Assembly (NCBI GenBank): GCA_028534125.1
Contig: CM052816.1
Coordinates: forward strand, 62,808,001-62,872,000
Direction of reading: 5' to 3'
Source of the DNA: Lama glama
Taxonomy: Eukaryota
DNA length: 64,000 bases
The notes beneath the pieces are model-generated. The model was not told where the DNA came from, ran no database searches, and saw only the letters and a list, made by a program, of their open reading frames with translations. The first letter of the stretch is position 1. Every line of letters starts with the position of its first letter. Below, in pieces: positions 38,590-51,424 of the stretch. Position numbers and translations under genes: made by a program.

Positions 38590-39470
38590 ACCTTTTCAAA
38601 CAACAAGCTTTTTGTTTCAGTAATATTTTATTGATATTTTTATTGTTTTACTGTTTTCAATTTCATTGATTTCTGTTACTATCTTTATTCGTCTCTTTTG
38701 TTAACTTGCTATTTACTTTGATTTTCTTTTCCTAATTTATTGGGTGAAAATTTAGATTATTGATGTGAGGAGTATTTGTACTTTCAAACATCAGCATGTA
38801 ATGCTATTCATTTCCTGCTAAGCCCTGCTTTTTTCCCGTATCCCATGCATTTTGATATGCTTCAGAATGCTTCTTAGATAGTTCAAAATATGTTTTCTTT
38901 TTGAAATAAGTAATGTTTATTTATTTAAATAATGTTTTCTTTTTGAAAAAAATAATTTCTTTTTGAAACAGCAGGTTGTTTTGGAGTACGTTGCGTAATT
39001 TCCAAATGTTTGGGAATTTTCCACATCTCTTTCTGTTACTGATTTCTTTTTTCATTCCATTATGACCAGAGAAAATATTTTGTATTGTTTTTGTTGCCCT
39101 ACTTCAGTTCTGCACCAGAAGAGACTTTCTTAGCACTCTGCCAGATTTTCTGTGGACATCAGTTGGGGTTAGTGGAGAAAAAGCCTGCAAGAGGGTATGA
39201 ACTTCACCTAATTCTGCTTTCCCAGGGAGCTCACTATCTCTCAGAGAGAACACTCCGTTTCCATTAATTTGCCAGTCACTAGGTGAACACTCCTCCTTGG
39301 TGCCTGGCTGTTTCTTCACCCAGTAAGCCAGTAATCATGTCTTATCACTCCCTGCAGACTCCTGTCCCTTTTCGATTTTGGAGTGGTTGAATACTCTGAG
39401 TTCTCAGCACTCTGATAGAGGTCAAGAAAATTTGTGAACTTGCTGTTTGTCTGGCTTTTGTAGTCCTTAC
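38590..39470 (-). mobile_element. Ancient L1 fragments (ORF2 piece ~38590-39085, probable 5'-region piece beyond)
   Basis: 'ttttcaatttcattgatttctg', 'ttctgttactgatttct...attccattatgaccagagaa' antisense ORF2 motifs. Confidence 0.65.
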
Positions 39471-40489
39471 ACATCATTGAGAGTTTGGAGGTTTTCTCTG
39501 TCTCCTAGTTTATTCAACATATAGTATTTTTCAATTTTCATATCACATTGTATTATTTCCAAAAGAATCACAGAAGATTCAAAACTAAAATGCCCCATAT
39601 TTCATAAGCTTAATTTTTCAGGGAAATTTTTTTAAATCCCTTTTTTTATTGCATGAAGTATTTTCCTATAATCTCTTAAAAATTACTTTTTAACTTCAGT
39701 TATATCCACATTACATTGTCATTGCTTTTCCTCATTTGCCATTTTTTAAGTGGCTGCACAAAGCTTAGTCAATTTGCACTTCTTAGAGCAGTTGCTTCAA
39801 TAAAGTAGAGAAATCTCTTGTTAAAAATCAAAAATTATTAAAATATTACAGGTTAACTATGGCTATAGTAATTTCAGGTAAATATTTGGAATCAGCTCTA
39901 GAAAATATATTTACAGAGTGTTCTGTGTCTCAAATATCAGTTTCTTTCTCCTCCAGAACCTGGAAATACAGTTGAGAGAAGACATTTAAAGAGTCATAAT
40001 AATGTAAAATATAAAATTTCTTTGTACATCTTTTGTCTCTTACATCAAAATATTTTCTGATTGTTGAGCCATAGTGGAAGCCCTCTTACCAAGTTAAATG
40101 TAATCTTACTGGATAAAATATCTTTCTTACTCTAAATTTCTTTGAAATTGTTAATGAGGAATGCATCCTGGTACTCCTATTTCTTTTATTTAAAAAATCT
40201 TCTAAGTTATTTATTGTTTGCTTCTTTCTTACACTTATTGGGAAAAAATAAAGTGTGTCACTACTTGTTTATTATTTTTTTACTTTCCAGTAGTATCTGA
40301 TCATAAGCCAGTTAAAGTATTTTTTGCTATTGTACAATTTAGTGTTTTAAATTAAAAGTTCCTTAGCTTCAGGAAAAGCTGATTATGATTAAAATTTTTA
40401 CTTTTTAATACAAACTATGTTTTTAACTTCAATTTTGAGACACTTCAGTAGTATTTATTGATTTTTTAAGTTATTGTTACATGTCACAA

Positions 40490-40650
40490 GGATGTAAGAC
40501 TCAATACTATGTAACTCCTAGAAGAAAACATAGGCAAAACACTGATATAAAGCACAGCAATATTTTTTTGGATTTGCCTTCTAAAGTAAAAAAAAAAAAA
40601 AAAGCAAAAGTAAACAAATGAGACCTGATTAAACTTAAAAACTTTTGCAC
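40490..40650 (+). mobile_element. L1 ORF2 fragment
   Basis: 'actcctagaagaaaacataggcaaaacact...aaatgagacctgattaaacttaaaaacttttgcac' (LLEENIGKT...DLIKLKNFC). Confidence 0.85.
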
Positions 40651-40659
40651 CTGGCTTGT

Positions 40660-40885
40660 TTCCCTGTCTTTGATTTTCTTCAGTTTGAATGTGATGTAGC
40701 CAGATAGATCTTTCAGTATTCATCTTGTTTACTGTTCTCTGAGCTTACTGGATCTGTGCTTCAATGTCTGTATTTAATTTTGGAAGGTCTCAGTCATTAT
40801 TATTTCAAATATCTCTTGTGTTTCTTTATCTTTCTTCTTTTGGCATTATCATTGTATGTATGTTTCACCTTTTGTAATTGCTTCA
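40660..40885 (-). mobile_element. Old L1 ORF1 fragment
   Basis: 'cagtttgaatgtgatgt...ttctctgagcttactggatctgtg...tctcagtcattattatttcaaatat'. Confidence 0.7.
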
Positions 40886-41117
40886 GCACCACTTCTACCC
40901 TCATCATAAATACTCAGGTTTTATAGCTCTTATTTCTGCCCTGGTTTGGCTGGTTTTGTCTGGAATAGTGATAGCTATGCAGTAAGAATTTAGGGTCTCA
41001 ATACATATCTAATATCTGTATCAACAACCAAGTTCATAAATGCCTCAAGTATCTAATGCAGCATTAATAACATTTAGACTTTTAATAGAATTTAGAGTTA
41101 GTTTTACTTTCTTAAAA

Positions 41118-41521
41118 TGTAGGTGAAACAATGTATGTTCAGCTAGCCATATTCATTTTTCTTCTGGAAGTACTGGAAGACTGTATTTAACAACCTCCTT
41201 CTAGTCAGATGGAGCCATGTGCCTATATTCTGGCCAACAGGTATGATTCAGGCCAACTGCATGTGTCACATCCAGCCTTAGGAAACCCTGTGCTACCATC
41301 CATGTACTCTCTCTCTTTTGTTCTCACTACTTCCTCCATTCTTGTCAGAATCCAAGGTCCCCAGGATGGCACAGCTACACTTGTTGAAGTGGGGATGCCC
41401 AGGAGAGCACTAACCCACGTTGGACTATGATGTGAGTGAAAAACACACATATATTGTACTAAGTCACTAAGACCTTGTGATTATTTTTTAGTGTAACCAG
41501 TGAACATTACTTTGGTGAAAA
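41118..41521 (+). mobile_element. MaLR MLT1 (H/I/J-like) LTR
   Basis: Starts 'tgtagg'. Contains 'ggagccatgtgcctatattctggccaacagg' and 'ggactatgatgtgagtgaaaaa...taagtcactaagac'. Confidence 0.7.
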
Positions 41522-43299
41522 CGGAACTCTCAACTCTTCCAGTTCAGAAAGCTGAAAACTTTGGGCTGTGTTTTATCCCCAAAGCAACATTCCACCGATT
41601 TAAAACCACACAGAACTGAGAGGTGTCTGTGGCCATTATAATCCACACTTACTAGCAGTCTGTCCCCAGCCTTGGTAAAGTGAATATTTGTGGTACCAGG
41701 GAAAACTGAGGTTCAAGTGACTCTCAATTTCTTAGCAAGTCAGAGAGTACATTAGCCATGAGAGCTAAGTTTCTTCTCTGCCTTATCTTTTGTTTCTGCT
41801 GAATGTGTCTTCACTCTTTATCCTTAAAATTCATCTTCTGCTTCGAGAAAGGCAAGATTAGCGAGCAGGGTCCAATTCCATTGTTTCATATGTGAACAGA
41901 TCTTACTCCTCAATCACACAACTGAAAACCCGTCATGTCGTACTGTTGCTAAACACACCTGTTTCATGGAGAATGGCGTTGAGGGGCCAGGATATTTTTT
42001 AATGGGTATTTTTTTTTTAGGATACAACAGTAGTTTAAATAGTTTCCACAAAACAGTTTAGTTTTAATACTTCCTTTTGTCATATTTAAAAATTCTAAAG
42101 CTTATTTTCAGATACACTTCTGAAATGACTGCAAATCTTAAGAGTTGCATCACTCAGTATTAGTGAGATGAGTGACTGTGCAGCTGTAATAAGTATGGTA
42201 ATGATACATTCCATTAGCATTGTTTGAACCACTGCAGTAACATTTGTCAGCATTTTTTAACTCCTAAACTCCAAAGTTAATAATTCTTCCAAGGTTTTTT
42301 TCTTTTTTGTCTTTGCCTGACTTGCAAAGCATGTCGTTCCTTTAATTCCTCTATGAGATGACTTTTCCTTATTGTTATTGTAAAGAAAACAATTTTTTTA
42401 AACCAAAGTGTACTTAATCTGAAGACAGCTAGGAGTCATTACTGACTGTTAAGGTTTAAACGTTATCATCCTTTACTTTAAAAGTGATGCTTAATTTCTT
42501 TTCAGATCTTAACTGAATCTAAAAACATTCCAGCTAAACTACAGTTTATTGGATAATTCTGAAAATTATACCATCTAGCCAAGGATCTGTGACATTTCAA
42601 TAATATTTCCCTATTCTTCTTCTCATGTTTATATTAGACTACATACTTTGTATACAGGTTAACTATTGCTCTGTCATTGAATATTTCTTTAGAAATAAGT
42701 GAACAGTTTTGGAGAATCTAAAAACTAACCCAAATACTGCAGTGTGAAGTTTGGTTTTACTAGCCTTTAGAAAGAAAATATGACTTTTGTTTCATTCAAA
42801 TTAAATCCTTATCACAACAATTTTTAAAATTTGATCATGTTTGTAATGAAAATAAATTGTTGGACTCATTGCTTTAAAGAACTTTTGTTCACATATGGTG
42901 CTCACATGAATCAAACAGTAAAAGCATATCACTTTAATACTCTTGAAACTTTTTTATTTAGAGATAAGAATATGTATTGAAAAAGATGTAGACTAGACGG
43001 AAAAGTCAATGGGAATTATTTAATACAACATTTTGGGGAGACCTAGAGATTATTTTAAATCTGCAAATCATAAACCTCACATAAGAATAAGCTATCATCT
43101 GTTTTACTTGCTTCAATGATTTTGCTTTCAAAAGTCTCTGGCCACAGAGCGTATTTTGTGTGTGAAAGAATCACAACTGCCGATTCTCCTTCATTGTGAG
43201 GCGTAGCTTGCTGAGTTTCTTTTAATCTTTCCTACTGTACGACTTTAAACTTTATTGCTTTCAACTACCCTTTGAAAAAAGTTAGCTTTAGATCCTTCA

Positions 43300-43338
43300 A
43301 GCTTTCTTCTTTCTTTCTTTCTTTCTTTTTTTTTTTTT
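43300..43338. repeat. (TTTC)n plus poly-T tract
   Basis: Read directly. Confidence 0.9.
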
Positions 43339-43639
43339 CCTGTTCAGTTGAATGTTTTAATGTGAGCTGCATTGTCATTTGTTGAGTCTGCCCTTGTAGA
43401 AATCCTATTAGCTTTCTAAATGAGGATATTCACGTAGGAGAGAAGTAAGCACCATAAACTCAGTGAAATCCGTTTGGCTCCTCTCCTGGGCTAAGGATGC
43501 TCTTCTCTTTGTTTTCGACCATAGCACTCGTCCCTGCTAGTGAATTGATTGTCATCCTTTGTTTTCGTCAGAAAACCTTTCCCAGAAACACTATGTTGAT
43601 AGTAGGGACCTCATTTCTTAAATTCTTGTCTCAGTTTCT

Positions 43640-44245
43640 AACAGCTTTCTGGACCTGGATGGCTACAATAACAAATGCAAGTGTGTTCAAGACTGATCTT
43701 TATTTTCTCCCCTTATCTGTGCACACCACATCTGCTATTGCATTGCATTTCAGAACCTTACTGTTCATTCCATCTCATTTTGGATTCCTTCATATCCTTC
43801 ACTATTTATATTCAATCTCATAAAAATCTTTGCAATTTTGTTCCTTCTATTCACCTCTCACAGGACTGCCTTTGCGTAGAGCCTTATCACTTGTCACTTG
43901 AACCGTAAAGCTATCTGCCTTACGTCTTATCTCTGCCATGCTCCTTCCAATTTACTTTTCACAATGCCGCAAGAGTGGGAATTATAGCACATCAAGTTTT
44001 TATCATATTGTTTCATTGCTTCTTCTTGTTTAGTGTCCTTGTCGTTTTCACTCCCCAAAACACACTTTCATTATACCAAATCTGTAATCCTTGTAGCAGT
44101 ATTTCCTCCTCTTACACCTTTGTGTGTGCTCTTTCCACTACTTGGAATGACTTCCCCCTTGTCCACCTGTCACCAAGTACTACTTCTTCAAGACAGCTCA
44201 AGTTACCTTCCAGGTAGTTAACCTTCCCTACCTCTGTGTTCTGGG
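43640..44245 (+). mobile_element. L2 fragment
   Basis: 'tgtgctctttccactacttggaatgacttccccc...tacttcttcaagacagctcaagttacc' and pyrimidine-rich L2 character. Confidence 0.7.
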
Positions 44246-44859
44246 GTTATGTATACAAAACAGGTATCAGTAAGGTTCACAAAGAGAAAAGATAATACCC
44301 CCAACAATCGTTTTTGGCCCTAAACTTTTTTTTTTTTTTTGGCTTTGGGCTTACAGGAGAATGCTACTAAAATTAGAGTAATTAGCATGAAATGATAATA
44401 TGCAGCCTGATAGATATCAAGGGGGCATGTGTGTAGTAGAAGCCACTCATTTATAAATAAACTGAGAGTGTGTAGGTTTAATAGGTCTTTACAGGTTTAC
44501 TCGCCTTTTTGTTTGCTGTTTCCTGAAAAACTGGTAGTGATTTCTTTTTTGTTAAGAGAAGATTATGTAACTTTCTCAAATATATCAAATAACTGGGTAT
44601 GGGAAACAAAAGAGAAGAAACTTTAAATTTCTTCACTGAAAATAATGAGTAAAACATTGATTTAATATAGTTTTATAGTAATATACTGAAATGTGTCCAT
44701 CTATAGAACACATCAGTCAATATTTCTCATCATGATTTCCCTCTTAAAATTTAGAAACAGGAAGTATTGAGAATGGTGAATGGTGGTTACTCCTTACTGT
44801 TCCTTTGTTGCTTCTTGAATTGGAGTCAGTGATTTATCCATCTTTTTCAGAATTTTATG

Positions 44860-44990
44860 AGGTGGGTGCCAGTTAAAAATAAAAGTACCTGAGTCCCATC
44901 TTATTCTTATTAAATGAGTCTCTGGGAGTTGGGCTACTTTGATTTTGTACATTTACGAGCTCTGATTCCAGTGCATTCTGAAACTCAAAA
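44860..44990. mobile_element. MER5-like hAT fragment
   Basis: 'gttaaaaataaaagtacctgagtcccatc...attaaatgagtctctgggagttgggc'. Confidence 0.45.
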
Positions 44991-45089
44991 GCCGGGCATC
45001 TAGTCCATTTGTTTAGTGATTCTGTCTCTTGGTCTTTGCTTGAAGACTTCCACTGGTATGGAACTCCAAATTTCTGAAGACAGTCCATT

Positions 45090-45945
45090 TAGATTTTTTT
45101 CAATGATAGTGTACATTGTATGTAATAAAATGCCCGTTGCTTTAGTGTTCCATTGGTTCCATTTTGACAGTCAGATACACCCACATAACCATCACCTACA
45201 AAAGATAAAGAACATCTCCATCATCCCAGAATGGTCATTCATACCACCTTCTATGCCATCCCTTTCCCTCAGAATCAGCCTGTTTATATCTTCTGTTACC
45301 TCATGTCAGTTTTCTGGTTCTAGAATGCCACGTAAATAAACCTTAAAAGTATTCTCTTATATTCAGGTCCTGTTGCTCAGTTAGTATCTGTAAGATTCAG
45401 CCATGCTGTTGAGTGTATCCAAAATTCATTTACTTTTATTTCTTGGAAATACTCCCTTGCACAAATATACCAAAATTTCTTCATCTGTTCACTTGTTGAT
45501 GGGCATTTGAGCTTTCCCCCTTTTTCTGATTATTGTGAATAATCCTGCTAATCTAGTCTTGTAAAAGTCTTTTCGTAGACATAGGTTTTCATTTATTTTG
45601 GGTAATTAGTTAGGAGTGGAATTGCCAGGTCACATATGTTTAACTCTATAAGAACCTGCAAACATTTTTCCAAAATGGTTGTACCATTTTACACTCTCAC
45701 CAAAAATGTACAATGGTTCTAGCTGCTGCCCCCCAACACTTGGTGTTATTGGGATTTTTATATTAGGAAACCACTGAGGTTTAAATTTGAGTTTCCATGA
45801 TCCTAAAACTTAGTACCTTTTCATATGCTTATTGTTTTTTTATATCTCCCTGGTATGAGTGTATGTAACGTCTGTTCACATCTTTTGCCAATTTTTAAGT
45901 GGGCTTTTGGTCTTTTCATTTTTGATGTGCAAGTTTATTTACATT
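45090..45945 (-). mobile_element. Old L1 (L1MB/MC/ME-like) 3' end
   Basis: 'agataaagaacatctccatcatcccaga', 'taggagtggaattgccaggtcacat', 'ttttccaaaatggttgtaccattttacactctcacc'. Confidence 0.85.
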
Positions 45946-48354
45946 TTACTGAAATCTCAATACTCAGTTGTGAGAGACTTGGATGTATTACATAAGTAAT
46001 ACCTGGCATTTTTATATTTTATAAAATTGTTATGATGATTTTGCTGTATTTATTCTTGTGTGATGAAAATGTACACATTATACTCAATTCATGCATAAAG
46101 AAATTAAAGCAAAACATCCTATAAATATTTTTCAAGGCACAAGGGGACAAATAATGTTATTAACTAAAAATTGGATGCGTTAAAATCTGTTTGAATCTTA
46201 CTCATGATTTACTGCCTCAAAACAAGTTATATGTCCCCATCTCTACTTACTGAAAAACAATTTTAAAATCCTATTCAGCAAGCATTTGTACTGTATTGGC
46301 TAAATTTGATCAGTTTGGTTTGTCTCTTTACAAAATAGCCTTGAGAGATTAAAACCAGGTTATCTTTGTTTTGTGAAGAGAGGAGTTCTGGAGAGGCTTG
46401 GTTGTTTGTTCTTGTAGAATCCTGAGTGACAGTGTCTATGCATTGACCTTTCGGTGCTGACATCTTAGAGCCTTGGACCCTTTTTTGCCACTTTCCTAAG
46501 GTGTCGGGTAGGGGAGTCATTGCTCCTGTCTGATGTGATATTTGGCAGTCATTCTCTGCTGCCTGAAAGAAACAGCTTAGAGCATGAAAATCTAGTTGGC
46601 TGACTGGGGACATCAATCCTAGATCATCATTCTCTTTGCTTTCTGGGTCTGGAATTCCCATGGCAAATCTTCCAGGTATACGGTCAATTAATAACATGAG
46701 CTTGCCAAACTGCAGTAAAAGGTACTTAACCCTGGCCTCTAACATTTAATTTACTGCTCTTATTGATCTTCAACAAACACTTTTCCATATGCATTTACTG
46801 AAGATCTATTTTGTGCACAGTACTCTGGGAAGCACTAATTCCCCCAGAGGCCATCCTGATGCAGTATCTAGCAGTGTTGTGTGTATCCAGTCAGTTAACT
46901 TACATATGGACATGTTTAAACTGGTGCTCATTGACTCTCAGTTCTGAGTATATAGCAGCCTGAGTACCCCAAAAACCTTTACTACAACTTTAGAAATATG
47001 TTGGCTAAAGAAAATAATCCTTTTAGATTATTTTCAATATATTGTTAGACTCACAAGAAAGAAAAATGATCAGGTGTCAGAAACTAAAAGGAAATAATCA
47101 TCAGAGCAGCTGATTTTAAAAATGACCCTGAATCTGCTGCCACAAGGGTGGTGATAGCTGTATGGTAGTTGTTCTTGGTAACCAGACTCTTAAGAAGTAG
47201 GAAGCTCACCCAAGGATGGGAGAGGAGGCCAAGCACCCACTGAATGTGGGGAGAAAGACCTGAGGCCCCACATGAAGTTTGGGTTTTTAAAAAATGGCAC
47301 ATTTGTAAACAGTGGACTAGGAAAATTTCATTCCATTAGTGTAGGAACAAAGAATTGATTCTCTCTCAGTGCTGGTGCAGGAGTCCTAAATTGAAAAACA
47401 AAGTAAAATGAAAAAGGACTCACTAAATGCAGTAAAGTACTGGGTATTAAAAACATGACATCATAAATCAACTGGAAACAGTAGGAAAAACTGTAAGTCA
47501 ATGACAGTATTTAAGACCATTATTAAGCAGTATGAGCACTACAACTAATTGTTGAGCTGGAAATATTTTTTATTTGGCTTTCTGGCATATATTTAGAGTG
47601 GTTCATGGTCATTTCCATACCTAAACAATCACTTACTTTGCTAGCACTGGAATAGCCTCAAAGAATGTTTCTAGTACTCAGTATACTGACTTGTGGCTTC
47701 ATGGCAAAAGGTGCAGGGCCAGAGGGAGCACAGGGGTACAAGGACATCCTGTGTCACATGTCCCAGGAGTATATGGGCAGAGAGAGAGAAACAATGTTTG
47801 AAACAGATGAAGCCAGAAATAAGTATGTGTAAAATTCCTCCAGGGATCACCTGTGTCAAATCGTAAACAGAAGGTTCAGATCCCATTAAACCAATACAGG
47901 CATTACCTCTTAACAGGAATATACTCAATCACATAGTGTATAAACATACCAGAGCTTTTCCTCCTTTTTGGTTGAGAATCAATGTGAAATAGAACTTATT
48001 AGCATATAGCTGTTTATAGAGCACAAACTAGTAACAGTAATACAGAAGCGAGTGTATCTTTAGGTAGAGTAGCATGCTTTATGCACCCCTGCATACAGGT
48101 TGCATCCTACCACATTTGATGCACTTCATTCTGATGAAGTCTGAAGTTAAGTTCCACTAATACAAGACCCTTTACTGTGTCAGAAGTGTTTCAGAGACAA
48201 AATCCCTACTCACATGTATCAATAAGTCAAGGTATGTTGGATTAGAGGAATCTGATTACACAAGTGTGTTTACCCCAAAATTGTGGAGCAGCAACTTCAA
48301 AATGCATGTGACCTGCCTTTGAGTGCATGATCACTTCTGATTAACTTTGTTTTT

Positions 48355-48925
48355 ATGTCAGTCATGGTTTAATCAGTGAAGTAGAAGCATGAAGCATATA
48401 TACAATATGAAATTTGTGAGAGGGATTAGAACTTGCATAATTGTTGGAGAGGCTGGTGATATACGGGTCCAAAAATGAAAATTATGAGAGAGAAAATATG
48501 AGTCATGGTACAGGTGAACAAATCTGAAAATGAAGCACAGAGAGCTGCTATGGTGGGACGGTGGAGAACAGTACCAGTAGAGGTCCATGGAAGGCTGTTG
48601 GCTCTTTGTGACTATTGCTGCTTTAAGTTCACAGTGAAGTGTCAGATAGTGGGCTTGGGTGGGTCATTAGGGCCCACAATGTTAAAGAGAGCTGGTTTTG
48701 GAACAGGGAAGAGTAAGGACAAACTGGAACCTGCCTGCACCTCTATGTCTGTCTTTCACAGACTCTACCCAATGGCAACCTCGGGGGATAATGACTGATA
48801 CTTCATTTTTGCCTCCCATATTTTGCCAGCCTTCACTTGTGGACATGTCTACTCTTGAACCACACAAAGAAGGAAATTCTGGGGAACGTTGTTCTTGGTG
48901 TAAATGAGTTGACAATAAAAGCATC
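48355..48925 (-). mobile_element. ERVL-class LTR (MLT2/LTR52-like)
   Basis: 'tgtcagtcatggtttaatcag', 'ggacaaactggaacctg', 'ggaaattctggggaacgttgttc...gttgaca'. Confidence 0.6.
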
Positions 48926-49725
48926 CAAAAAACTGTATATGTTCTTCCTGAATTTTTGACAGGAACAAAATTTATATATTGAAGAAAAAGAAGTATCCTA
49001 GCAGAAACCCAAAAAGGTAGAAAATTGAAATATCCAAAAATCTTTTATTATGGCACAAGAGAAACTAGAATTCTGATGGTAGAAATAGTAAAGTTAAGAA
49101 AGAGAGTTACAGTTGTTAATCAAATATAGATGAGAAAATGACAACAGAAGGCATAAAGATTTTTAAAAATTAGAACACTCCAAAACAGTACACCGAAAAA
49201 TGAAGGAAAAGAAATAAAGAAAAGTACAATTTTTACAATTAAGAGAGAATGCAAAAATTTGCAGCAGTTTCATTCTAATGAATTATTTGATTTCCTTTAG
49301 TTTTAAAACCTTTAATAATTAGGAAGAGAAATAATTTTATTCAAAACTGAGGCAAGACAATTTAGTTTTCATAATACAAAAATCATAATATGACCCTCTA
49401 GATTGGGTATTAAGGTAAAAACTAGTTAGTGAATATTGTTGATTAAAAACATATCTAAGATTAGTAATTAAACAAGAAAAATGTAAATGTACAAGACCTC
49501 ATGTGTTGTATATGAAAGAAAATGATAGATATTTCCCCAAATTTTACAACGATCTTAGCATCAAATTACATTACCTAGTACAAGTTGTAAAGCTGGAAGT
49601 AATTATGCTAAATTTTTATGATAAAAAGTGTTTAGTTCTGCCATTAAAAGATTTAATTATTTTAATATTTTTATCATTTAAAAAACTGCTGTGAGACGAA
49701 TAGCTGATGAAGCAATGAACAGCCA

Positions 49726-49816
49726 GAGGAAGGGTATAGCTCAAATGGTAGAACGCATGTTTAGCATGCACGAGGTCCTGGGTTCAATCCCCAGTACCTG
49801 CATAACAACAACTAAC
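49726..49816 (+). mobile_element. tRNA-Ala(AGC)-derived SINE (camelid Vic-1-like) or processed tRNA pseudogene
   Basis: gggtatagctcaaatggtagaacgcatgtttagcatgcacgaggtcctgggttcaatccccagtacctgca has A box, AGC anticodon and B box, followed by an A-rich tail. TSD aagcaatgaacagcca (49710-49725) / aagaaataaactgcca (49817-49832). Confidence 0.9.
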
Positions 49817-50293
49817 AAGAAATAAACTGCCAAAAGTACAAGAATAAAAGTATTAGAGCTGTATTAGGCAGCTAAGTAATAAAGCATATTTTTGTTCTTG
49901 TGTCTTGTGATGTGTATGGTAGTTGCCACATTTTAAAAAGTATAACTTGCTATCATTTCCTTTTGCATGACCAGTAAATGTTAACTTTCATACCTTTTGC
50001 CTAAGTAATTCTACCTTTCTATGCTTTTTGCAGTGTCTGTCCCCAACCCACAGACTTTCATAGAATTTGGACATAGTTACCTTTTCTTTGAAAAATGTAT
50101 GCAAGATTTGTGGAGATCTATTTTACTCAGGTCTGAGTCATGTTAATCTTAGGAGCAGATATTTAGGGATACAGAGGGTGTTCTGCTACCTCTGAGTGCC
50201 AGATGGTGAATAACAGGAGTTATTCAGGTTCAGGTTGTCATGCAGACCCTTTACAGGTGCAGGTCAAGTCCTTGCCTTTACTTTACTCAGGCC

Positions 50294-50758
50294 TGTCTTG
50301 GTTCTCCTGGGTTACTGGAATAAAGTGACACAAACTAGGTAGTTTAAACAATAAAACTGTGCTGTCTCACAATTCTGGAGGCTGGAAGTTGATCAAGATG
50401 TCATCAGGCTTGATTCCTCCAGAGGGTTGTGAGAGAGAATCAGTTCCATGCCTCTCACCTGGCTTCTTGCAGTTTGATGAATTTTGGCTTCTTTGGTTGG
50501 TAGAAGTGTCACCCTGATCTCTGTATTCACCTTCATATGATGTTCCTTACTGCCATGTGCATGCCTGTGTCCAAATTTCCCCTTTTTATAAAACACTAGT
50601 CATGTTGGATTAGGGGCTCATCCTACTCCAGTGTGACCTCGTCTTGCTTAACTCACTACCAGCAATGACTATGTCCTAAAGCGGTCATGTTCTGTGGTGC
50701 TGGGGGTTAGGATCTAACATAAGAATGGGGATGGGGGAGCAGTGTTCAACTCATAACA
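50294..50758 (-). mobile_element. MaLR MLT1C-like solo LTR, full length
   Basis: TG...CA termini. Diagnostic 'tctcacaattctggaggctggaag', 'gtgtccaaatttcccctttttataa', 'ctgggggttaggat', 'ttcaactcataaca'. Confidence 0.88.
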
Positions 50759-51122
50759 AGGTATAAAAGCAGTGCTGTGTGTCAGTAGAGAGCAAAGAAA
50801 AACAGTTGAACAGAATGGCATCTTCTGCATGAAAGACAGGAGTAGGGGGAGCCTTCTTTCCTGTATTTCTTGAATGAGCCAATGCCAGCTAGGAAATACA
50901 GAAAACTGACACCTGACTCAGCCAATGTTGGTAGGAGGGTATTAGAGGGAGGCCTATTCATATGATTTAGGTAATTTAAGAAATGAGACTTCGCTTGTAT
51001 TCTTAATATAATTAAATGAAAATATATAGGAAATAGGAACTTCCATTGTGAATATAAAGAGAGAAGGAAAGTTTACAGAATGCCTAAGTCAGAATTCAAC
51101 CGGAGAAGCAAAATAAATAAGT

Positions 51123-51415
51123 GTGTATAAAGCATTTGTATTATTCTAGGCATAGTAGTTTAGGCAGAAGCATCACTGGAATGGAAAGAAAATCTGTATC
51201 TGGAGTGACTGTCTGTTTCAGTAAAAATAAGGTGCTGCCCCATCCATGATGTAAGCAGTTCAGTGTATTCAACCTACCACCAGGTAGCTGGCTCTTTACC
51301 TTGAGAAATGGTGCTATATACAGGATCAGGGTTGGTACCTGCTACTGGCAGATTGGGCACTCAGTGATGGCTGTAGTCAGGTTGGTCTTGGTGGGTAAAG
51401 TTTTGTTTCTGTTGA
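51123..51415 (-). mobile_element. ERVL (HERV-L/MERVL-related) pol integrase relic
   Basis: My manual minus-strand translation gives TKTNLTTAITECPICQ*QVPTL / YSTISQGKEPATWW*VEYTELLTSWMGQHLIFTETD, resembling the ERVL integrase CPIC zinc-finger end and WQVDY region. Stops and a frameshift are present. Confidence 0.8.
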
Positions 51416-51424
51416 TTAACTTAC

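Noticed and set aside
43300..43400. Strong splice acceptor after the (TTTC)n/poly-T tract (cctgttcag)
   Set aside because: The pyrimidine tract is a microsatellite, and no recognisable coding frame or good donor follows.
49726..49802. Functional tRNA-Ala gene
   Set aside because: It has stem mismatches, an A-rich tail, a TSD and no adjacent oligo-T terminator, so it is a retroposed SINE/pseudogene.
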